Assembly: GCA_951406725.2 (NCBI GenBank)
Contig: OX597815.1
Location: forward strand, 176,018,001-176,082,000
Reading direction: 5' to 3'
Source of the DNA: Octopus vulgaris
Lineage: Eukaryota
Length of the DNA stretch: 64,000 nt
How positions within the stretch are numbered: position 1 is the stretch's first letter; each line of letters starts with the position of its first letter. A model generated the notes under the pieces. The model saw only the letters and a list, made by a program, of their open reading frames with translations, was not told the DNA's origin and did no database searches. The translations under genes and the position numbers were made by a program. This document shows positions 53,675 through 64,000 of this stretch, piece by piece.

Positions 53675-54650
53675 TAATGGCTTCAAATCTTGGCAAAAGG
53701 CCAGCACTTCTGGGGAAGTGGGGCAAGTCGATTACATCGACCCAAGCGCTCAACTGGTATTTATGTTATCGACCTTGGAAGGATGAAAAACAGTCGACCG
53801 CAGCGGGATTTGAACTCTGAACGTAATGACGGAAGAAATGCCGCTAATTATTTCGTCCTGCGTGCTAATGATTCTGTCAACTCAAACTCGTTTATAATAA
53901 TAGTAATAATAATCCTATCTACTATAGGCACAACAATTTGGATTTTGTGGGGAGGGGGACAATCATATCGTCCCCAGTACTCGACTGGTGCTTAATTTAT
54001 CGATCCCGAAAGGATGAGTGCCCAGTCGAACTGTAACAAAAGGTTTGCCTCCTTGGCACAGCCAGAATAATCAGGAAAGAATTAGATAGTTGAAAAGTAC
54101 CGATAGCATGGTACTGTAGACTGCAGGTAGCAAGTCCACTACGCATGCAAGCCTCCAGGAGTTCTAGCAAAACCTGTGATAAAAAGAAAATAATAATAAT
54201 AATAACAACAATAATCCTATTATAGTCACAAGGCTTAACATATTGGGGATGGGGACAAGTCGACTACATCGACTCCAATGTGTATCTGGTACTTAATTTA
54301 TCGACCCCGAAAGGATGAAAGTAAAGTCGGTAGAATTTGAACTAAGAATGTAAAGACAGACGAAATACCGCTAAGCATTTCGCCCAGCGTGCTAACGATT
54401 CTGCCAGCTCGCCGACTTTAATAATAATAATAATAATAATAATAATCCTTTCTACTATAGGCACAAGGCCTGAAATTTGGTGGGATGGGACTCTTCGATT
54501 AGATCGACTCCAGTACGTAATAATACTTAATTTATCCACCCCGAAAGGATGAAAGGAAAAGTCGACCTCGACGGAATTAGAACTCAAAACGTAGCAACGG
54601 GCGAAGCATTTTGCCCGGCGTGCTAACGATTCTGCCAGCTCACCGCCTTT
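53675..54650 (-). mobile_element. Head-to-tail cluster of about 4 SINE family A copies with (ATT)n tails
   Basis: Copies are separated mainly by (AAT)n runs. Minus-strand tail gccttgtgcctatagtagaaaggattattatt. Confidence 0.85.
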
Positions 54651-55124
54651 TATAATAACAAAAGCAACAACAACTGCAGTAGCAACAGCATAGACTCAGC
54701 ATAGGATGATATATCTGCAAATTTGTGTTTCAAAGTATTATCATGACATTTTCCTCATGTAGCAAATAATCGAGGTATTTGAGACGAGACAAAATCAAAC
54801 AATTGTTTTCAACTTGTTTGATATTCCTGGGAAGGTGATGCCTGGATTTTTGCGAATTAGTTACGTACTCCTGTTGTCATATTACGTTTCTCTTTACTCC
54901 CTCCCCTGTTAAACATCCCGTTTCCACTTTGTATTTCATTTCGCTTCTCCATTATTTTGCTTTCTAAAAATACAGGCACATTCCTCACACACACATCAGA
55001 ATATATGAGACATGACGTAGAAGAGCTGTAATTTACTTCAGACAGGGTGGGGTTGCATCAAACATTTCCTTGCTTCAATGATTATACGTACGAGGTTGCC
55101 AAAGGGATAATTACAGTAAGTGTC

Positions 55125-55190
<66 letters not shown>

Positions 55191-55283
55191 TAAGTAATAT
55201 TAGGGTGATAAGAATTATAGAATTCTTATTACCAGTGGCCTAGCGCAAAACAAAAATTAGTCAGACTATATATTATTCATATA

Positions 55284-55433
55284 AAGATATCGTGTACATT
55301 AAAACACATTTAATTTTCATTCCCTTCGAGAATTTATCCCTAATTAGTGGTTTGAATTTTTAACTGTTCTTTCTAGCGCAAGGCTTTCCTATGATGGTAG
55401 CCTCTTAATGTGTTTTAATGTACACGATATCTT
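55284..55433. repeat. 27-bp perfect inverted repeat in a TA-flanked insert (55189-55433)
   Basis: aagatatcgtgtacattaaaacacatt / aatgtgttttaatgtacacgatatctt. Confidence 0.9.
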
Positions 55434-55457
55434 ATATATATATATATATATATATAC

Positions 55458-55496
<39 letters not shown>

Positions 55497-56100
55497 GGAT
55501 TATTTCCTGGCTACTTAGAGAGTAGGATCACAATACTGGTAATTACTGGTAATAAGGAAAACGAAGAATTTGAACATTCAGACTACTAATCATCCACTAA
55601 TATTTCCATCACAATTTCAATAGAACAACAAACTCAAAACTCTAGAATACCACCAGACTATAATGGATGCAGAATAATTCAAAAGAAAAGTGTTCAACAA
55701 AGGACCACTGCGAAACGGTCAAGTAAAATTTGTCAACGTCAACAAAGACCGCTGCTGCTGCTGTTGCCACCAGATTGGTACAATAATCAGTTGTGAACAG
55801 CAACTTATAGTTGAACAACATGATTTACTACTACCACTACCAAGCCTGATTTAAACTAATAACGGGGAGAGTTACTCCTTGAACAATGGCATATTCATTC
55901 ACTCTGAAGAGAGCGTACAAATTATCCACAAATCCCTGCATAGAAATATGAAGCAATTTGCAATTGATACGATCGAAACACGTGTCGGACAATTATTATT
56001 ATGAATAGACGAAGAGGAAAGCCTGAATTATCAAATTCTTCGTTTTCCTTATTATCAGTACTGTGGTTTTACACTCTAAGTAGTCAGGAAATAAATCTTA
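55497..56100. repeat. Inverted repeat (~80-bp arms) enclosing a hammerhead-like motif
   Basis: taataaggaaaacgaagaatttga vs tcaaattcttcgttttccttatta, and tatttcctggctacttagag vs ctctaagtagtcaggaaata. Confidence 0.8.
55901..55990 (+). ncRNA. Hammerhead-like motif with long loop 2 and weak stem I
   Basis: CTGAAGA GAGCGTA..TACGATC GAAA CACGTG TC. Confidence 0.55.
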
Positions 56101-56216
56101 AAATCTGATGGCAGTTTTTAGGAAATATACTTTAAAACGGAGCACCGAAAGAAACCGGCCTTGACATTTTACATAGAGTAACGCGTTATGCTTGGATATT
56201 CATATCCCTTCTCTTG

Positions 56217-56260
<44 letters not shown>

Positions 56261-56963
56261 CACGTGACCGACCAGACCAGCACAATGTGCTTTGCATCGT
56301 TCGTTAGCGTTTGAATCACTGGTCACAACTCTGGCCCAGGTTAGCAGGCCAGCGTTCTCTCTAATCATAAGGTTGCTCCGTTGCAGTGTAACCCATTTCC
56401 GGCTGAGTGGACTGGAGCGACGTAAAATGAAGCACCAGTATATGGCCCCAGCCTAAATTCACAAAGACACTCCCCTAACCAGCTTCAATGATACCAGATT
56501 TTTTCTCTTCCTTCTCTTTTATTCATATTCATATTCTTTTCCTTAACAAATTTAAGCATTAAGCCCCACTCTCATATATTATTTCTTCGCAAATATGTTT
56601 CCCCTTTCTTCTCTAACTCTGTGCTTTCTACGCATTGTCGATCAAATCGCCTGCAAGTTAACATCGAATCCCTTGATAATGTAGCCTCCATTTAACTAAG
56701 GTATCATAGACCTGGCGAGCAGCTAGCGCACAACCCCTCGTTTGGGCAATTACTACTTTCGAGGTTCTGCTACCTATGAATCTTATGTAGCCTGGATTTT
56801 ATCTACTCCATTCTCTAAATTTAGATATATTCTTTTACTTGTTTCAGTCATTTGACAGCGGCTATGCTGGAGCACCACCTATATGCGGTGTCTATTAGTT
56901 CTGTACCAACTTGAATTATGAATCAAAGTTCGTCTACACCTACAATTTTTCCTTTCCTTATAC

Positions 56964-57007
<44 letters not shown>

Positions 57008-57158
57008 CATACACAACACATGCATACATATAAAGGAAACTAGGACAAGGTAGAAAATGCTAAAATAATTTTATCATCAACTTAGAGTAAAGCATGAAAA
57101 GCAATTAAATTGTGGAAGAATTAAATTAAATGCTTTTTTAAAATATTTCCATAGTTTT

Positions 57159-57201
<43 letters not shown>

Positions 57202-57359
57202 ATGTTTATATGTTTTATACATGCATATACACACATGAAATAAAATATTTACATGGTTGACCGGTTCCACTAACCCTGATCATGGGTAGGTAGTTACTGA
57301 TAATATAAGTTCATACTTTCAGAATATTGGTGAAAGGAAGTATATTTTGTAATGCATTT

Positions 57360-57399
57360 ATGTATGTATGCGTATATATATATATATATATATATACAT

Positions 57400-57434
<35 letters not shown>

Positions 57435-57437
57435 CAT

Positions 57438-57468
<31 letters not shown>

Positions 57469-57471
57469 CAT

Positions 57472-57540
<69 letters not shown>

Positions 57541-57812
57541 CATACACACACACACACAATATATATATATACATACACACACAAATATATATATATATAC
57601 ATACACACATATATATATACATACACACACATATATACATACACACACATATATATATATATACATACACACACATATATATATACATACACACATATAT
57701 ATATATACATACACACACATATATATATATATATATATACACACACATATATATATATATACATACACATATATATATAATATATACATACACACATATA
57801 TATATATACATA

Positions 57813-57843
<31 letters not shown>

Positions 57844-57903
57844 ACACACACACATATATATATATATATACATACACACAGATATATATATATATATATA
57901 CAT

Positions 57904-57984
<81 letters not shown>

Positions 57985-58024
57985 CATACATACATACATA
58001 CATACATACATACATACACACACT
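57360..58024. repeat. Compound (TA)n(CA)n higher-order microsatellite
   Basis: Repeating (TA)n-CATA-(CA)n units over about 660 bp. Confidence 0.95.
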
Positions 58025-58366
58025 TTCAAATTGTGTTGCTTATTTTAAGAATAAGCAACAAAGGAATATAGCGAACAATATCTGTACTAAATTCATTCTT
58101 AGTGTTTATCTTGACTCCGCGGTAATATTTCATTTTCCTGAATCAATAAACAAGAGTCGGCAAACATTAGATTTTACTTCTTCCATTTAATTATAATGTT
58201 TGCGCCTCAGTATCAATTAATTATTTCATTAAATTAAATGTTTATGATTAAATATATATTTTATATGAAAACCTGTAAATATGGATTGTACTGCAGAAAG
58301 ACTTCTGCATGAAGACTTTTGCACATTCAGAAATGCATGTAGAGTTTTGCTTTTCTATCTATCCAG

Positions 58367-58412
<46 letters not shown>

Positions 58413-58616
58413 ATGTGTGTATGTATACAAACATAATTATATACCAATATATCATGATTACGTCAGAATAAACAATATCGCTGCACCATAATGATGCTCC
58501 AGATTCCATGCCACTGCATGCCATGCTTGGCAACTGCCTTCTACCATAGCCTCAAGTTTAGTAAAGCTTTGTGTGCATTTGAAAATGTGTGTCTTATCTT
58601 ATGAATGTATACATGT

Positions 58617-59040
58617 AGGCGTGGATTTGTGGTAGGAAGTTTGCTTCCCAACCACATGGTTCCAGGTTCAGTCCCACTGCGTGGCACCTTAGGCAAGTGT
58701 CTTCTACTATAGCCTCTGGCTGACCAAAGCATTGTGAGTGGATTTCGTAGACGGAAACTGAAAGTAGCCCGTCGCTTGCGCGCGCGTGTGTGTGTGTTGG
58801 GGAATTATATATATATGTATGTATGTGTGTGTGTTCTTTGAGTCTGTTTTTGTACCACACACTGCTTTACAACCGGTGTTGGTGGGTTTACGCCCCCATA
58901 ATTTAGAGGTTCGGTAAAAGAGATAGAATAAGTACTAGGCTTAAAATACAAATAGTTTTTCGGTCGATCTATTCAACTAAACTTTTTCAAGGTGGTGTCT
59001 CAGCATGGCCGTAGTCTAATGACTGAAACAAGTAAAATAA
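58617..59040 (+). mobile_element. SINE family B (only plus-strand copy)
   Basis: ggttcagtcccactgcgtggcaccttaggcaagt ... cagcatggccgtagtctaatgactgaaacaagtaaaa. Confidence 0.87.
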
Positions 59041-59252
59041 AAAATAGAAATATGCCTATGTTTGCATGTATAAAAATGTGTATTAGTAGAGAACGGAGAC
59101 TAAATTTCTGAAACGCTTTAAACATTGTTACAGTGTTATTACTAATATGTAATCGTAGTTTTCAGATTAGCCGAGAACATTGTGGATTTGTGAAACCCAG
59201 ATCCTAGAGACTGGTGTTGAGCGAGTTTGTTACATTATTAAATGCGTCAACA

Positions 59253-59412
59253 ATCATCATCATCATCATCATCGTTTAACGCCCGTCTTCCATGCTACTA
59301 GCATGGGTGGAATGGTACCACAAGAACCGACCAAGCCAAAGCCTGCACCAGACTTATGTGTCCGTTTTGACATGATTTTTACAGCTGGATGCCTTTCCTA
59401 ACACCAACCACT
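59253..59412 (-). mobile_element. RTE-type 3' end with (GAT)n tail
   Basis: Minus strand: ggaaaggcatccagctgtaaaa ... gttaaacgatgatgatg. Confidence 0.6.
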
Positions 59413-59959
59413 CATTTAAACCCTTGAGGTTCAAATGCCATAATGTAAATGGCAGGATATTGCGAAGGGAGTGTGATTAAAAAGTGCGAGTAAGTGGCGA
59501 AAGGCCTGGGTATATAGAGAGTTGGAGGGGCTACTGGATAGCAGTGATACTGAGGAACAGGGGTGTGAGGACAGGAGTGAGAGTTGAGCATAGTGAATGA
59601 AGGAAGAAATGCGAAAAAGTGAAGAGATGTAGATTGGTTTGTTGGGGTAGGGTGAGGGAAAAGTTTTCTTGTTACGTGTGAGTGGAACACCCAGGTCATG
59701 GGCTAGCAGATAGCAATAATAGAGTGAATGAGCCAAGGCATGTGGATAGAAGGCACAGGTCACGGGCAAGCGAAGAGCAATAATACAGTGGCATAGGGCT
59801 AAGAGGACAGGATTGGGGAGTGAGAGATAATCATAGTACATGAAGTAGAAATGTGAGGAAGAGAAATGTAGAGATGTAGTTTGTTTTGTTGTGGTTGAGT
59901 GTGTGAGAAGTTTTCTTGTTAAGTGTGGGAGGATCACACAGCGCTTCTGGAACTCAGTT

Positions 59960-60330
59960 CCGCTGGTGTAGATGGGATTTTTCAAGAACTTCATATCGCC
60001 AGACATCTCGGTCTATTGTCATATCCTCCGTGAGGGCCAACTTCCTGGGATCGGCCTTAACACTTCACCCCATGTATTCTTGGGTCTCCCCCTTCCACGG
60101 ACATCATCCACTCTCAGTGATTAGCACTTCTTTATACAGCTGTCTTCATTCATATGCATCACATTTCCAAACCAACGTAGTTTCCTCTCTTGCACGCTGC
60201 ATTTGATTCCCCTTATATCCAACATTTTTCTCAATATATTTGCACTTTGCCATACATGTGCCCTGATGTTGCACATCCAACTGGGAATACTACCTTCGTT
60301 TTTCACATGTATAAATTTCATGTATATTGG
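59960..60330 (-). mobile_element. RTE-clade LINE C-terminal fragment
   Basis: Encodes VQERKLRWFGNVMHMNEDSCIKKC..RGRGRPKNTW. Confidence 0.8.
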
Positions 60331-60469
60331 GTGTAGCATCAGAATGTTTCTCATTAGTTCGACTTTTTCATTTAAATTTAAGGCTATGTTAATATACACT
60401 GGACAAATTATACCTATTTTTGCAAACCATAGCCATTGTGGCCAGCGTATAGTGTTTATATTTTACCAT

Positions 60470-60664
60470 TTGCTTGTTTCCGTCATGTTGGGACACCGCT
60501 CGAAGAATATAAATTGAACGAATCGGCCTCAGTACTTATTTTTTCAAAAACCTTCAACTTATTCTAGCGGTTCTTTTTGCCAAACGATTAACTTACAGGG
60601 TGGCAACCACACGAACCCTAGTTGTCAATCGATGTTGGAGGCCAAACACAGACACAAAGGCGCC

Positions 60665-60705
<41 letters not shown>

Positions 60706-60745
60706 TGGGCGGCCCGAGGCTATGGTGTAAGACACTTATCCAATG
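60470..60745 (-). mobile_element. Decayed SINE family B
   Basis: agtacttatt, ggcccgaggctat and agacactt blocks. Confidence 0.6.
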
Positions 60746-63006
60746 TGTCTTTGATAGATATCAAAGACAAGATTATGATCGAGTTCCGTCTTCTGAACAA
60801 TTTTCAAATTTTTCTACTCCTTGCACAATTAATCATTTATGTTCTGTTTAGAATATTAACGTTCTTAAATTTCTTGATTCATTAACGCTATGTCAGCCCC
60901 ATCGTCAATCCTCAACATGAAACAGACTTTCAAATCCATGACAAAATTGTCCAAACTTTATTGTTTCAAGATATTTTTCGGACAATGTTTTGTGAGGAGT
61001 TTCAACGTTACTTTATGTTCTAGTGATGGAAGCTTTCAATCTTATACTCAACTCTGTGCATACACATCCGAAACAACTCACGTCGTTCTACATATTTAAA
61101 TTGGAAAGTTGGTCTGTATGTCCACCACCTCTCGCAATGAATAGGTTAAAGGCTTGCTGTGCAACAACGTATCACATTCATATAAACGATGGGAAATTCA
61201 GAAAATACAGATAAGTTAAAAATGACGCGAAAAATGAATTAAAAAGTAAGCGAAATTATAAAGTAAAACATTACAAAAATACATTTTGTATTTTCAATTA
61301 TTAAAAACATGGAGATACTTCTCTATATTTCTATGATTGAGGTATACAAACATAGATACACGCACACACACACACATATATGTATATATAGATTGAAGCA
61401 TATGTATATCTGTGTACTTATATCCACCCATACACACGTATATAAGAAGTTGTGTGTGTCTGAATGGAAAATATATGTTGTAACGAAAGGTATGATTATA
61501 GTAATTGAAGGTAAGATTTATATTTCTTCCAATTCCTTCACGTTCTTCAGTTTTATTTTATCTCTTCTTCTGCATCCCCCTCCACCTCCTTTTCTTCATG
61601 TCTTTTCCATTTCTCTTTTCCTCTCTCTTTATTTCTCTTTCCCCTCTTCCTCTCTTTCACTATTCGTTTCTTTTGTGAAAACACTTCAAATTTTATGCAT
61701 TTTTTTTTACAACTATTCTCATATTCTTCCAGCGTTTCATTTTACTTTTTCTTTATTTTCATTTTCTTTCTGCTTGTTTTCCTCACATTTTACAAACCCG
61801 CCACACACGGTTCTTTTCTTTCCTACATCGCATTTTCTTTTTATATTTCTGTTGTTCATCACACTGGCATGTTTTCTTTGCCTATGTTTTTTTACAATAT
61901 ATGCAATATCTTTATTCGTTATTTCCGCCTTTTTTCTTTCCTATTCTTTCTTTCTCACTTCTCCTACTTTAACCCTATATTTTATACCTGTGTGTTTATC
62001 CATGTCTTTCAAATGACTTCACTATTCAAATTTTCTCTTTTTCTATCATATCTATGCCGCACACGTTTCGGATTCTGAAATATACTCTTTCAGTAAACCC
62101 AGTCATCCTTCAACAACATTTTCGCAATCTTCACTATATTATTTCAAAGTTCACATTCTGCTATTTTTCGTTAATATGTTTCCCAGTCAGTCTTCATTTA
62201 TTTATCCATATCTTATTTTACACAATGTTATGTACAATGAAACACTACCCGCCTCTCTAACACTATTCACTGTTCCCTCACTTCTTATTCCCGAAGTCTT
62301 TCACTCTGTGCTTTTTTTATATTTTTCAAGTAATGTTAAGAGCAGATAACTCCAAACTTGAATTACACCATTTCGATATTATACTGCTATGGTTCTACAC
62401 TCGGATGGTATATTGATCCATCTTGTATCTATCCAGAATTAGCTTTGTAGGACATTGTCTTCTATGTGATCGTACAGATTTTCGAATCGTTTAGAAAAAG
62501 CGAATTGGTAAAATTCTGGAACGATTCAAACCTAGAAAAAAGGATTGGCGAAACACCAGACTAATTTCTAAGTCTGCAAACTACATTTTAGTAAATATAA
62601 ACTTGAAAGCACGGGAGCAATTGTTAGTTATTCATGGATAGTATGTTGTAAAACATCATAAACTTTTAGAGAGGAAACAGAAGATTATGATTATCATCCG
62701 ATATAATGGTTGAAAACTTATACCATATTTAGAATATTGACCGTTATTAAATCTGGCTAAAATTATTGAGAAAAACAATTGCCAAGCTGTGAAAGTCAGC
62801 GGCTGAGACAACTTCACGCTGTAGGTAAGAACGTGATCGACAACGTACTTAAAAGATGCATTTCATTTATTTTTAGCGGGCGTGAATGAAACTGGGCTGA
62901 AAAATTGCTACGCCGCCTCGATATATATGGCCATTGATATACATACACAAACACACACACACATATAATTAATAATATCAGGGTAATAAAGAAGTCCAAA
63001 CCACTG

Positions 63007-63047
<41 letters not shown>

Positions 63048-63052
<5 letters not shown>

Positions 63053-63340
63053 GTTATCGCCATACTAATATGGCAGTCTTATAAATATAAGACTAAAGCT
63101 GTCGCTGATTAGCTCCAAGAGGCCACCGCCTCAAGCTAGCTATTTGACACACAACCTGCGTCCATTACAAACCTTCGAACAGGGGAGGTCAGCCGCTTCA
63201 TCCTGCTAGTCAGACAGCTGTAATGGACGCAGGTGGTGTGTCAAATAGCTAGCTTGAGGCGGTGGCCTCTTGGAGCTAATCAGCGACAGCTTTAGTCTTA
63301 TATTTATAAGACTGCCATATTAGTATGGCGATAACTATTA
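63048..63340. repeat. 122-bp near-perfect inverted repeat (1 mismatch, 49-bp spacer) between (TA)n runs
   Basis: 63048-63169 is the reverse complement of 63219-63340. Confidence 0.97.
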
Positions 63341-63385
63341 ATTTCCAGTAACGCTACCGTAATCTCCTTTAGAGAGACTTAGTAA

Positions 63386-63423
<38 letters not shown>

Positions 63424-63469
63424 TATATACACACATATGCACATACATACATATGTATGTATATAGGTA

Positions 63470-63920
63470 TGCATATATGGGTACATGACGTCACAAAACG
63501 TAATCATCACGAAATACGAAAATAACGTTGGGTACGCAAAGAACGAGAGAAACAATAGAGAACAAGAGGAATAACATAAAACACGACCCTTCATCAGTTG
63601 TCGGCTGTCCTCGTTATTTACAGTAATGAACGACAAGATAAGACTTTGAAAGTAGTTGCTCCCGCGAACCAAAATAAAATTTGGGATTTGCAGAGGGTCG
63701 AAGTTGGTAACAAATACAGGACATACAACAAACCAAACCAAACGAATAAAAACAGGGAGGGCCATTAGGCTCAGACGTGGTAAGGTAGCGAACGCTCGAA
63801 GATTCTTTGATAAGAGAAAAGATAGGAGAGGAGACAGATACGAATGCGTCTGGACTGCAATAGATATTCCAATCACAGTCATTGATTGTTTGAAATATCA
63901 CTTTTCTTAGATATTTTTAA
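63470..63920 (-). mobile_element. Microsatellite-flanked repeat, probable PLE terminal region
   Basis: Shares sequence with 5568-5760. Confidence 0.45.
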
Positions 63921-64000
63921 TATCTAAGAATTAGAACATATACACACGCACACACATGTATGTATACATATATACATATATAAATATACAGATATATGCA

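Noticed and set aside
57294-58190. Long ORFs rich in Y/I/H/T/V/C here and at 8.4-9.0, 18.1-18.4, 21.3-21.9 and 26.2-26.7 kb
   Set aside because: Translations of (TA)n/(CA)n microsatellites, which lack stop codons.
61309-62078. 235-aa hydrophobic Phe/Leu/Ser-rich ORF
   Set aside because: Pyrimidine-rich low-complexity DNA with no recognisable domain.

Overview
AT-rich, microsatellite-dense eukaryotic intergenic or intronic DNA. The SINE repertoire is recalled as octopus-type (coleoid cephalopod); this is an inference. No host protein-coding exon is supported, and almost all ORF-track entries are (TA)/(CA) microsatellite artefacts. The window is a mosaic of retroelement and DNA-transposon relics: CR1-, Tx1-, RTE- and R4/Dong-type LINEs, Penelope-like GIY-YIG elements (PLEs), two mariners, a Tigger-like MITE and three tRNA-derived SINE families. 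Four patterns stand out. (1) A Tx1 LINE ends exactly at a GGTAT site inside a SINE, and a SINE subfamily carrying the same 3' tail also inserts at GGTAT, building self-nested arrays. (2) About 10 intact-to-degenerate minimal type-I hammerhead ribozyme motifs have different palindromic stem IIIs and mostly lie in short microsatellite-flanked PLE-like inserts. (3) Asymmetric fold-back inserts recur between microsatellites, including a 122-bp inverted repeat with one mismatch. (4) A PLE/Tx1 junction carries a 174-bp inverted duplication.
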